DNA of 55,495 nucleotides, filler included, from Sphacelaria rigidula (Eukaryota): assembly GCA_964200075.2 (NCBI GenBank). It is 6 parts of 6 records of this genome, joined end to end, with 100 filler letters (N's around TTAATTAATTAA, not from the genome) between each part and the next. Parts side by side here need not be neighbours in the genome. Positions count along the whole stretch, not along the records: positions 18,534 to 27,699 come from CAXNAA020009145.1; positions 27,800 to 36,965 come from CAXNAA020009146.1; 4 more parts are not named here. One strand, given 5' to 3'. The notes below the pieces were generated by a model. That model did not search any database. It was given only the letters and a program-made list of their open reading frames with translations, and was not told where the DNA came from. Made by a program: the position numbers and the translations under genes. Positions 22,947-34,808 of this stretch are shown here, piece after piece; positions within the stretch are counted from its first letter, which is position 1; the number at the start of each line of letters is the position of its first letter.

Positions 22947-23603
22947 ACAAGTTTTGAGTCCTTGAAAAAAGTATCTCTGTTTCTGAACAGAATATCTTGT
23001 AATCGCACGAAAAATTGAGAAACGTTTCACTGCACATCGTTGTGACATCCCTACGCAAATGCTGTTTTCTGGCAAAACCCTCACGGTATATACCCCCACG
23101 GTGTCTCTCCCAAACTCTCTCCCATAATACCGTGATATGAACCCAGGTTTGTTTCGCAACCCTCGTATCTACCCCCTATCCTACAAGGGGGTGCAGGGTA
23201 CTTTAAAGACCAATAATGAAGTCGGTGGACGTAACTAGATGATCTCCTGAACTGAAATCGGCCCCGGCATCAAGCGATCGTGGCCGGAATCAGAGCAGGT
23301 AAGTGCACTCTCTTCGCGAGATTGGTTTGACTTGATCGCGAGTCAGAAAAATCAAACTGGAATGGTGAACAAAAAATACAGTAAGGCGGATGACGTTCGG
23401 AGTTGCTTCGATACCACGCCGCACCACGTAGAAGCGGGGAAGTAAAGCTTATCTTCACCTAATGAGTCATAGATGGGCGTTTAATTACTTCTGCAGTCTG
23501 TGCGGCTTCTTGTGGGGGCCTTTATACGGTGGTCATAATAGGTTTTAACTACTAACCTGAAAAAATATACGAGGCTCATCAGGCGGGGGGCGGGCAGGCG
23601 GGC

Positions 23604-23696
23604 GGGGGAGGGAGCGTACTCATGTGCTGCTCGCCTTAGTCGTTTGGATATTGAACGCGCATCCCCTCCGAGATGGAGCACCGTTCCTACTCATGA
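23604..23696 (-). mobile_element. Poly(C)-tailed retroposon, old truncated copy
   Basis: G-rich run + GCGTACTCATGTGCTGCTCGCCTTAGTC...GGAGCACCGTTCCTACTCATGA. Confidence 0.75.
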
Positions 23697-24895
23697 CAGA
23701 GACATCTTCAATGTTTGGGAGCTCATCATGTTTCTTCCAAACATGAAACAAAGACCTTTTATATATTTTATTCCTTCCTGAGTCCCGGGGGCGGGCGGAA
23801 CTGAGAGACGTGCCATTTCCTACCTGGGCAACAAAATATGGCGCGAGTGAACGGTGCGGAAAAAAACGAGCGCTTGTGAAAAAAACTGCGACGAAAGAAG
23901 TTAGAGGTACAGGTTGGTTCCCCTACAGGAGGGTTAGACGTATCTTCGGCGATTCCCAACCAAAAGTCCGAGGGATGGGACCTGAAATCTTGAGGAGAGG
24001 TACGAACCGACACCATTGCTGACGCATCCTCTACTCCTTTACTGAGTTAGGTGAATGAACTTGGCTGAATGGCCGAAAACATCCGCCCTTATTTCCGGAA
24101 CTCAAAATTGATACTTCCCCCGTCCTATAAGTCTAGGAAGTTATGGGCGTTGAATCGAATGGGTATGCCAACGTTGCCGATCATCCCATAGTTGGGTTTG
24201 CGAGGAAGATGAAGCGCAAAGGATGTTGAAAAAGCAAAACATTCGTCATCAATACTAAAATGATGTCAAGATATGCCCATTTTGACCCTTTTTGATCCAT
24301 TTATACCCCATCCTTGACCGATTTGGGACGTTTTCACGTCGAGCACTAGCAATTACATGCTAACAACATGTTGGATGGAGCGTGCGTAGGTTAACATCAC
24401 GGACACGGACATGTTCAAAAACAATGGTAGTTTCGCGATTTTTTCACATTTTCTGGCCCATCTTTCCCGATTTTTCGTGTACCCGGGTCTCTCATGCTTT
24501 CCTGGGAGAACAGCGAAAAGTGGCCGTTTTCGGACCGCCCTACGTTTTTTCAACCACGTGGCTGCATGCGTCAAGCACCCACGTTGTAGAAAGAGTGTTG
24601 GTTTTAGCTGAGAAAACGCCAACGAAGGCAATAAATCGAAAATCAAATCGAACACGGTTAAGGGGCTGCACAAGCGTAACTCGTACCCTGCGCCAATGGT
24701 AACAATCATGGTAACTCAGTTGCTCAGTTAATGTGCTTCGGTTGTATCGTGTTTGTACCCCTATGCCGTCATTTCTTGAATTCAATCTCCAACATGGTGT
24801 GAAAATGTCTTCCAAGAGCATTGTTTCTGACATGAGCTGACACCACCTCCCTTCCTCCCCGTCCCTGCAGATATTTCGTTTTCTTCGCTTCACAC

Positions 24896-25029
24896 CTGCG
24901 TGATAAAGAAGGGACGTGTTTGCGGTGTTCTCTCCTTCCGCGTCGAGGTCTGGAAGAATACCTAGCTTGGTCTTCAGGCTCAAGATCAGAGCCCTGGGAA
25001 GTGCAAGGGGCCCTTCAAGGTCTCCAAAT
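24896..25029 (-). CDS. CCD: Carotenoid cleavage dioxygenase, preceding internal exon
   Basis: FGDLEGPLAL...GENTANTSLLYHAG matches the CCD GDLxG...TANTxLxYH pattern. Joins 22064 in phase 1 (G|GC) across a 2.8-kb intron. Confidence 0.9.
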
Positions 25030-27799
25030 CTGAGAGCGTCAAAGTTGCGTGACAGCCAGAGAGAAATACAGGAACAGATACAAGTCATATTAGGTGGCTC
25101 ATATGGCTCCGGAAGCAGCGAGCACGACCAAACAGGCACAAGCTATGATGTACGGCTCATCGGGTAACAAATATAGTGTTCATAATCAGACGCGCATAGG
25201 CATCACACCCGTGACTGACGTCTCCAAGCTTGAGGAGCTCTCTCGCTCGCGATGCACTAGCCCGGTTCATGAGAGATGTCAATGGTACAGCGCACGAAAA
25301 GGGCTTGTCAGGCCTTCATGCTGCTCGGGGGTAACAGCAACACATTGTTGGCAACTGCCATGCTGCAGGGAGGCATGGCTTGTGATTTCGGGCCAACTGA
25401 ACATGTACCAGGATAGAACGTACCTCATTGATCTAGCGGGCGAAGCCCGCAACACAAGCCAGACCTTCCAAACACAGAGGCGGGTAACTCAAAGTAAATA
25501 AAAAATGGGCGATGATTGCGCAGCGTAACTCGGCACCCACCCACAATTGAAAGGTGGTCCATAATCAGAGGGCTAGAACATGGGAAATGTCCTGTTTCAC
25601 TGTACCGCAGCGAAAGTACACTTACGCCCTCTCTCATGTGTTGAAGCTGTCGCTGCATTGTCGTGTGCTTACGCATTGCGAAAACGGTTTGGATTGCCTT
25701 AGTTGCGATATTGCCGTTGTGTTGTCCCTGCGGAAACCAATGTTAGTTGGCACGCAGTGCTGACTGTACACTGTTGAAAACTCCATGATGTGTTGGCTGT
25801 TTCGTCTTCCGTTTTTAAACATACTAGGCGCTGCTCGCAACTGCGACACCCCGACTGGTGCTGTGCGCTGGAGCAGTGTACTGTGCTGTACTGCTGTAGT
25901 TTGTTGGAACATGTGAGTGCGGGCGTCAGTAGCCATGAGATTTGACCGCACGAACACTAGGTTTTAAGATTATCTCCGGGCAATTCCCAAGTAGAATGGA
26001 GCGACTCGATCGGTAGTTACCAATCAACTTCAGTCCCGCTGCAAATTCAGTCTGCCTGATTTCGTGCATTCAGACAGAGAACATCAAAGGTTGGGGGGAT
26101 CTTGTGTAAATCTTCATGGTGTCGAGAATACTTGATGGTGGACACATGTAACACATATTTCATAATATACAACATCAGCAGAATGGAACAAGTGGACGAG
26201 CGGAAAGGCGAGTTTGCCGTCGATGCAAGAAACAAGAACCAAAAAGCGAAATATTGTGCCGATAGTATCACGCCATCCAGCTTCGCGCAGGTGTACCCTT
26301 GCCGGTAGTATCTGGTACGTCGGGCTATTGGACCACGCATTTTCGTGTGCATGCGGAAAATATTTAAACAATGCACCGTCGACGGAAGGAGGAAAACACA
26401 ATAAAATACACACCCACAACCAACGCGTCCTCTTTCGTGTACCACACACGCACCCAAAGGCACCCTCACTTTAGAAAAAGAGATTTCCCTGCTGCTTCTT
26501 CCAGCTGTAGCTTTTTGGTCCGCACGTACTTGTTGGAGTAGGTGGCTTTGCCGCCGCTTTTCAGACGTACCGCATGCACCTTCCAGAGGACGCGTGATAC
26601 AGCAGTTGTTGTAGCATTAGACAAAACGAACGCATGGCGTCTTGTTGTGAAGATAGTCTATTTTGGCGTACCAACATCGTTTTACGAACTGTGTAAGGCT
26701 CCCCGTAGGTGAGGAGCAAGAAGCACGCGCTCCCGGGAGAAGCCGACATCCCATGGTTGACAAGGGAGGGGCGAACCACAGCGCTTCTCCAACGGGGTTT
26801 CAGCACATATATGCCTCCAATCGCGCAGACTTTCTCCCATGAATTAGTACTTTCGGAGAGACAAAATTAGTATGAAGGTGTTGGGGGCTTCAGGGCTCGC
26901 GGTTGCGCGCGTACGATAACTGGCGTGCACGAAAACAGCGAAACTTCTCAGGTTGTCTCAATCGCAGAATAGCGAGTGCGGCGCCATGACCCCTTGAAAG
27001 AAGTTTCCAGAAACCTCAGGGAAACCACCCCACCCTAATCCCGACACAGAGCACCACAGGGGCCACGAAAATGGCAATTCACATCTTCCCTGAACAGCTG
27101 CATATGAAAGGCCTCTAGATTGTTAAGGGTGAAATCGCATTATCCGTACATGGGAAGCGCAAGAGAGCCAGGTGTATATGGCGTGCAACTGTTTCGGGCC
27201 ATCTCTATCCCAATCGCGTTGTTCTCCAGAGTTGGCTCGACTACGTTCTGCGCCACCAACAAACGCAGAAACCACGACAACCATCTGGATACACCAAAAA
27301 AAAAAAAAGGACTTTGTAAAACCAAGTCTGTCCGCATGTCAGCCGCCGCCAATCGAATGCATCCAATTGATGCTCGCCGGTGCGCACGGTAGCTGCGCAG
27401 AGTCAACACACGTGCGCATGAACAAAAACAAAAGCAATGCGCCACCCACAGCCCACCGCTCCAAGCAAATACGCTCGACGCATGTGTGCAACCTGCACAC
27501 CATACGGAGCAAAGAGGAGCCATGACTGTACTAAAGCGCAAGAAACCACAGGGAGACGTTTATTGCCCCTTTGGAACAACGTCCTCATCTCGAAAAACGG
27601 GCGCGGGGGGGGGGGGGGGGGGGGGGGGTAATGGAGGTATGGGCACAAGGAAAAAAGGGGGGACCCCTTGTTGGGGTTATGTGGGCGATAGATTACCGCN
27701 NNNNNNNNNNNNNNNNNNNNNNNNNNNNNNNNNNNNNNNNNNNTTAATTAATTAANNNNNNNNNNNNNNNNNNNNNNNNNNNNNNNNNNNNNNNNNNNN

Positions 27800-27871
27800 A
27801 TTTAAACACTTCGTGGAACGATCATCCCCATTGTGCGGAGTTGAGGTTCTCCCACGCCGCACAACATGACC
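27800..27871 (-). mobile_element. Poly(C)-tailed retroposon, internal fragment at contig start
   Basis: Near-identical to 46493-46569; followed by a G-tract. Confidence 0.8.
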
Positions 27872-27979
27872 GAGGAAGGAGGGGGGGGGGGGTTCGAAGC
27901 GCGCCGAAAAAAGAGAAGCTGAGAAGAACGTTTCTTTCATGTTTGAGAGCACCGACCATCCCCGATGACAAGATGCTAT

Positions 27980-28080
27980 ATATACCGTGGTAACGTGATA
28001 CCTTGATAGCTGTGATAACGTGATACCGTCAAAACCGTTATAACCGTGATGGCTGTGATAACCGTAACAGCGATACCACG
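27980..28080. repeat. Degenerate ~9-bp tandem repeat (ACCGTGATA-like)
   Basis: Direct inspection. Confidence 0.65.
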
Positions 28081-29044
28081 TGTTTCGTGGTCTCCGACCT
28101 CTTAGTCATGTGAACTGTACTGAGCTGGGTAACCGAAGCTGACGTTTTTCGAATATTTGCTCCCAGTGGTGAGTGAAGTCAGGTAAGGGTTCATGTCAGG
28201 GGCTTCGGTGCCCAAGAAGTCAATCGGGTGTATAATGTGTATTGTACCTTACACCCTAACTATTATAGCATATTTGATACTGGCTTCCAATGTAATAGAT
28301 GAGAAAAAAGCACGGAGAAGAAGTCACACCCAGAGACTGTCAAGATATTTTCAAAACACATTTACGAGATTCACTACAGTAGATAAAGTATATAACTCAT
28401 TGCTTCCGACGATATATCCGAAGTGGTTATTGCTGCGGTAGCGCAACTCCTGGGAGATGGTACAAGCCAATCTCCCCTGCCCCGCCCTGTGAGGCGTCAC
28501 GCCCCCGAAGACGAATGGAATGTGCGTATGATCTCGAGCTCATGGGACAGTTTTGGAAACCCTCATTCGTCCGCATGGCACATGATGAACTCATGACGCT
28601 GGAAAAAAAAAGGGTTTCCAAAATCAAATAATTATTATCATTGTTCTTGTTTTTATTTTCATTTATTATTATCATTATTACTGTGGAAGACAAGTCTTTG
28701 CAGTGACATATCAGACACTGATGCCACACATGTAAGAAGAACCAGAGCAAGCAGGCACAAGGTGGAGACGGTCCGAAAGGACCACATTACCGAGGACCCT
28801 GTAATGCCAATGATACTAGACAACTTGGGGTGATGCCAGGAAGAGCCTGATATTAGGACGGACCAACATCCCCCGAGGAACTGGTCGCCCCCTGGCGACC
28901 ACTTCTCGTCTGACCCAACTTCTTTCCCATATATCACTAGAGGAAATCATCGCCAGCCTCGAAGTTCCTTCGGCATCAGGACGACATCTCCCAAGACAGC
29001 CTCCTTAGTCCGTCTACCCTAGCGATACGCCTTCCTCACATTAA

Positions 29045-29180
29045 TACTATAACTATTATTATTACTACTATTGTTATTATCATCATCATGATCGTCATTC
29101 CCGCACATTATCCCGATCTCTCAAACCCGTGGTCACAGGCGTACGCTCGTCTTTCCAACACCGACCTGCTATTATGCCCC
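29045..29180 (-). mobile_element. Retroposon 3' end with (TAA)n tail; second copy at 46161-46230
   Basis: (TAT)n + TTCCCGCACATTA..CCGATCTC.C.AACCCGTGGTCACAG at two loci. Confidence 0.7.
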
Positions 29181-29318
29181 ACAAGAAAAAAAGCTCTCAT
29201 TGTTCCCTCCAAGACTCGAAAAAAACACCAAGCAACACGAAATAAAAAAATAGAAACATAGAAACATCAAGAAAACAGAGGAGAAATAAAATGCCCACGA
29301 GAGATGATCTGGGTGGGG

Positions 29319-29343
29319 GGGGCGTACTCATTTGTTGCTTGCC
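29319..29343 (-). mobile_element. Poly(C)-tailed retroposon, 25-bp extreme truncation
   Basis: GGGGCGTACTCATTTGTTGCTTGCC flanked by the 14-bp direct repeat TGATCTGGGTGGGG (29305-29318, 29344-29357). Confidence 0.85.
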
Positions 29344-29594
29344 TGATCTGGGTGGGGTGGAAAAAACAAACCCATCAGGTCTGCAAATAAAAGATACAGC
29401 ATAAACAGGGAAAGCAAGACGAAAGTGACTACAGTAGAATGGCTATCAAGCGAGGGTCAAATCAACAACCCCAGGTACCTTCATAGACAAATACTAAAGC
29501 TGTTCGGAAATACGACAGATCCTTACGATTTGGTGGTCCTTGATAAGCACTGAGGGAACTCCAGCGATGACACAGCACACAAATCCTCAGCATG

Positions 29595-32080
29595 GCGCAC
29601 ATTGGGCCAGGGTGCCATGTACATCCTAGCCCTCTCCTCTACGATTCGGTATCATTCGGAAACATCTTGGGCAACCTGCGTCCACGATGTCACATTTATT
29701 CCGAAGTCGGGGCAGTATTCCGTGACACTGTGTTGTGGGCGTCTTGCTGGTCCGCCTGCCTTCGCCTTCCCTCCGACCATTACTCCACGCATGACGATGT
29801 TGGGGGGGCGCTCGTCGTGCATGCGCACGGCGTGGCTGGCGTATAGGAGGATTCGCCTCATCACGGTGGCCTCGATTCACTCGCAGCCAGTTCTTCCGAG
29901 GACCTCGTGGTACGGCCGCATGTGGTAGTTGGGAGCGTTGCGGCTTGAGGTATACTTGTGAAGGCATCTCAGCAGGAGTCCCCGGTGGGCATCTCGTAGC
30001 GCGCCGAATTGGTGGTGCGCATTCGTTCAGGTCGCGCAGCGGTATAGGATGACCCCGATCACTTCTGCCTTCAGAAGACGAACCTTGGTGACCAGGGCGA
30101 TCTGCGGATATGCCCGCCCTGCTGTACTTGTAGAAGTGCGCCCAGGCCTGACCAATGCGGCTATGAATCTCGGAAGTGACACCACCAACACTAGTGATTT
30201 TGCCGCCAAGATAGACGAACTACTCAACTTGCTTTTATCTTTCGCCCGCCGCCTCCACGTCGACCACGTCCACCTTCGTGTTCGGGGAGCGCATGTGCAT
30301 GGTAACCGTCTTCTTTTCCACCTCGACGAGACCATGCCAGAGTGGTCGGCGTATAACATGCCCCCGAGCACCTTGCTGAGTTCATCCCTGGTCTTCCCGC
30401 CCCTTTTCAGCGATGCGGATAGAGTCCTTCGCCACCGCAGTATTGATCGAGAAGCGGTCGAACGCCACCGCTTGCACCGCCGCAAGGAAGATGCTGAACA
30501 AACCGGAGGAGAGCACACACCCTTGGCGGAGGCCCTGGTTAACGTCTAACCACTCAGATGTCTCTCCGCTGTCAAAGCGTGCACATGCCCACAAATCGTC
30601 GTGAAACTGGTGGATGATCGATATGATCGTGGCGGGAATGCTGTATCGTGCTAGCACCTTCCAGAGAAGAGAGCTGTCGACTGGGTCGTACGCCTGTTGG
30701 AGGTCGATGGAGCACATGCACATCGGAATATTCTGCTCTCTGGCCAATTCTGGAGTCTGCGCACCGCGTACATCATGTTGACTGTCGATAGGCCGGGTCG
30801 GAAGTCGCGTTGAGCTTCTGGGAGGATTTCTTTCCACTTGCAGTAGGCGCTGAGGCGGGTCGTAACTATGTCGTAACTATGTTGAGAACGACCTTGGCCG
30901 CGTGGGACCCAAGAGAAATACCGCGGTAGTTGCTGCATTCGTGCGGGTACTGTCTCTTGAAAAGCACCTTGATGAGGGTATATTTCCACTCTTGCGGCAC
31001 TACATCCTGATGCCACACTGTGAGGACGACATGATGGAGGCACTCAGGATGGCAGAGTCCTCGGTGAAGCCGAGCTTCAATACTTCGCCACAGATGATGT
31101 CATTCCCAACGGCCTTGCCGTTCACCAGCTCGCCCACTGCTTCCTTTCTTCTTCCATGGAGGGCTCTGCCGCGAGCGGTGCGTGCTCCGGTATCTGCTCG
31201 ATGGGATCGATGACAGAGTGGTCGAGCATAGGCGAGGTTGCGTTTTAAAGCGTTTCGAACCACTCCTTCCACCTTTATACGACAGCTTGCTTGTCCCGCA
31301 GCAAGTCGCCGGCCGTGCTCCTGATGTAAGTTGAGCCACATCCCTTCTTCCCTTCCAATTCCGAGGGCTTGATGTGTTAGTACAGCCCTGCTTGGTCCTT
31401 CTTGCAAGCAAACTCCGCTGTCCTGACGGTGAACTTGCGAATAGAGTTTTGCAGTTCAGCTCCTTGACCCGCTTGGACATCTTGTCTGTCACCCTCAGCG
31501 CCTTTTTCGGGCCAGTGTCTTCGGGTTTGGCGTGTAGTTTCTGTCATACACGTTCCCTCGTATTCCACGCCTCTCGGGGCAGATTCTGAGCCTGTGACGA
31601 CTCACTGAAACCTCTAGGTGGGGGATTCAGGCAGCGTGGGAGTGTATCCGCAATCGTCTGTCGCAGTGTGTTGGTGAAGGCCGATGCCATATTGTCGACG
31701 TCCAAGACTGCGGTGAAGTTGGTGGCATTCGGGAGGTTGGCGACAATCACCTACGAAACAATCGCTCTTCAACGTGAGTCGGATGTGAGGGTTTTCTGGT
31801 CGAAGCGCACTCCGTTGTCTCCACCACTCGGTTTCAGTCAGTGGTAGAGTGCGCTCCATCCGAGGAGACGGGAGACAGGTGGAGGCTAAGACTAGTCGAT
31901 TGTCCGTTTCGTCTTGGAGTGCACCGTGACGTTTCGGACGAGTCTCCTATCTTGCTGACGTACCAGAATGTAGTGATGTAGTCTAGGTGCCAGCCGTCCG
32001 GCCTCCGACCCCTCATGTGTGTGTGCGGCTGAGTTTCCCTCGGTAGTTAGCGTGCGAAAAATGTGTTGGTGATCGCCATT
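29595..32080 (-). mobile_element. Degenerate RTE-type LINE (APE C-terminus + reverse transcriptase + C-terminal region)
   Basis: MAITNTFF and WHLDYI (APE end); ILPEAQRDFRPGLST, IDLQQAYDPVD, QGLRQGCVLS and LYADH (RT domains); RRILLYASHAVRMHDERPP (RTE C-term). Many frameshifts and stops. Confidence 0.92.
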
Positions 32081-32585
32081 TCATGTTCCGCAGCGTATTG
32101 CAGCAAACATTGCCCTAACTTCCGACGGGAGGGCATCGGGGTGCTCGATGGTACACCGCGACGGAGAGTCAATTTCCGGGCCAAACTCTTTCTTACCCTC
32201 CGTGGTGTCGAGAAAACACTGCAGATGTGAGAAACTCAGCCCATCGTTCCCTGCTGCAGACAAACGGTGCCGCTGTTTGGTGGCTGTGATTAGCGTGGCC
32301 GGGTCGTAGTCAGCGCCCCTCCCGTTTGTGGCGATTAGTCCCCTGCTTGCTTCTACCGTTGCTGCCGCTGCCGCTGCTGCTACTGCCACTAACACTCCAT
32401 CCTCCTATTCAAACTTTCTTGGGGCTTTCCCAAACGTGTCATCATTTGCTGGCGCTAGGTCTTGCGCAAGTAGTGACCGTGCCGTGTTGGAGATGCCGCC
32501 TTTATGGGGGGAGTCAGCCGCCAGCTTTCGTTAGCGACCGTCCTGCGATGCGTTGCCCGCTGTCGGCTTCGCGCGGGTCGTCGCT
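32081..32585 (-). mobile_element. CRE-like (RLE-type) non-LTR retrotransposon remnant, region just N-terminal to the RT core
   Basis: GGISNTARSLLAQDLAPANDDTF..KF followed by SAAGNDGLSFSHLQ resembles the RT domain-0 SAxGxxGxxxxHL pattern of CRE-like elements. Confidence 0.55.
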
Positions 32586-33463
32586 TGCTCTGTGTAGACC
32601 ATGAGCCACGGGAGCATGACGCTGAGCTCTCCTCGTTTCACCGCATGGAAGCGACTCCGTCGGGAAAACCTCTCGTTTGTCGACAAGAGTTAGTGTGGTT
32701 CAGTGTGAGTGGGCGCTGCAGCTCAGTTGGCGTGTCTGCTCCCGGAAGTTGGTTCGTGCCGGCGTCATACACGAGGCAGTCCGCGCACCAAGAAGTCATT
32801 GATACCACAGTAAGCTCAAATAGATCCCGACACCAAGCAACGACTGAAAGCACTTCGCTTATTATATCACACTTCTGAGATCCAATAGCTTTCGATATTA
32901 CACTGAAACAAGTCTTTGACACCGGTCTCAACCGTTGTAATGTTAAGTAACGTGCTTGTACCAGGCGTAGTTCCAGGGTAGGGGATGTCAAGTGTTAGAG
33001 AGAACCCTATTAATAGGCACTTGAGGGGAGTACAGCACTCGCTGGAAACCTGGGGATGAAACGCATCTACTTCCTCCCTCGAAAAAGCGCAGGATTCATG
33101 TGTAAACTCTAGGGGACTTGCAGTATTTTTCTACTTAATGAGTTTCCTTGGTCTTTAACAAAGTGTAACACTGTATCGCGCACGCCATTAACACTGCGCA
33201 TTAATTAATCCATCTCCCCCATGAGACATTCCGAGAGTGTGGACTCTGGTCAATTTTCCTACTCTCTTGCGACGTTCCCCCATCCTGTCAAGGGAGCAGT
33301 AGTGTTTGCTTGTGGGTCCCTTCGCAATAGTCCAAGTGCCACCGGCGTGTTCGTATCGATTCTGAAAGAGGCATACGCGGGACTCTACACTTCGACAAGG
33401 AATTGTGCTAGATTTTCGCCGGTTGGCCAATCGCGGCGCCTGTCTCTCCTACGTCTCCTGCAG

Positions 33464-34383
33464 GTGGCTCAAAAAGATACCTTCCCAAATCAAGGATATC
33501 AACCAAGCGCCATATTCGCTTGTGCACATGAAAGGTATTATGCCAGTGAAACAACCCATGTAGGTTAGGTAAAGCGGGAAAGCAACGTAGAGCCTACGTT
33601 TGGTTTGTGCAGCTCAAAATTATACATATACTCCATATGGGATAAGCCCTCGTGTTTTTGTCGGCGCCCCTCTTTTCATGAGATGTTTCTCGAAAATGAT
33701 GTGGCTCAGATTGGTGTGCTCTCCTCGCTCCCTTCCAGTCACACTGGTCTGCAGAACACCCCGAAAGGGCTGCTTCCAGCTGACACTGCTGTTTGCCCTA
33801 TTTTCTCTCTCATGTTTCGCCCGTTTTACACCATGCAGCGATACGAGCGATGATGAGAGCCAGCAGTTGGTGACCAGCCGAAACCCTCAATCGCCAGGCA
33901 AAGATGCTGCCGTCGACGGGGAAGTATCAGGTGCAAGTCGTGTGCGATGTTGGCGTCTCGAGACGGCGCAACAATTTCCCTTCGGAGGCTTATCCTCGAG
34001 AGACGTACCTGCGAAAAGAGAAAAGCTCATCTTATGTTCAACGGAGGCCCCTGGTGATTTTGGGGAGGCATTATAGCGCACTGCACGACATTATCCCCTT
34101 CCGTGTTCCATTTTACAAAAAATGTTGGGGACAACTAAAATCTCCGGCACCCTACTTCCTGGCTTTGTGCTCCGTTTTCCTCGTTCTCCCCACTTTCCCC
34201 CTCCCTTCAACAGAAAATCTGAACAAGGCATCGGACGCCGACTTGGCCGCGGCCAAGTCATGGATGGATCGATCATTCCAGCGAAACTTCATCGCGTCCG
34301 ATTCTACAGGTTACGTACACGATCGCCGAGTGAACTTCGAAGATGCACAAGAAGCTAACGATTGGGACGACGAGTCTGTCTGA
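33464..34383 (+). CDS. CEP19: CEP19-like centrosomal protein, last three exons (33464-33534, 33839-33930, 34214-34383)
   Basis: ENLNKASDADLAAAKSWMDRSFQRNFIASDSTGYVHDRRVNF...DWDDE matches the CEP19 C-terminal pattern (DLNKxxDxELxxxKxxMDxxFxxN...FVYDxxVxF...WD). Exons join in phases 2 and 1. Confidence 0.8.
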
Positions 34384-34808
34384 TTAGAGACGAACAGTCG
34401 CATGCGGACCTAATGGACGTGAATATACATCTCGTGGCGAAGCGAACGGGCCAACGATGACCTGCTGCAGCAATCAACCATGTGGATGCGCAACTATTTT
34501 TGGTCCATCGATCACGTGGAGGTGCATCTGCTCCGTTGTGGTTGGCTTTGTTGCCTCGTATGCAGTTCAGAGAGGGGGCAATGCGTTGAAGCAGATGTAC
34601 TGACAACAGGAGATAAGGGGCGTGCAGACTACGAGGGAACATCACTTCGCGGTTAACGCGCATCACTGAAGTCGCTCCTAATCCGTAGCTTTTTCTAGAG
34701 CGTAACGATTCTTGGATCCTTTCGAAACTGGACCCCTTTCCAAGAAAGCACAATCACGACCGGGGATCACGGTTCCAGAAGCCCTCGAGGTTATATCTAG
34801 AAATCATT

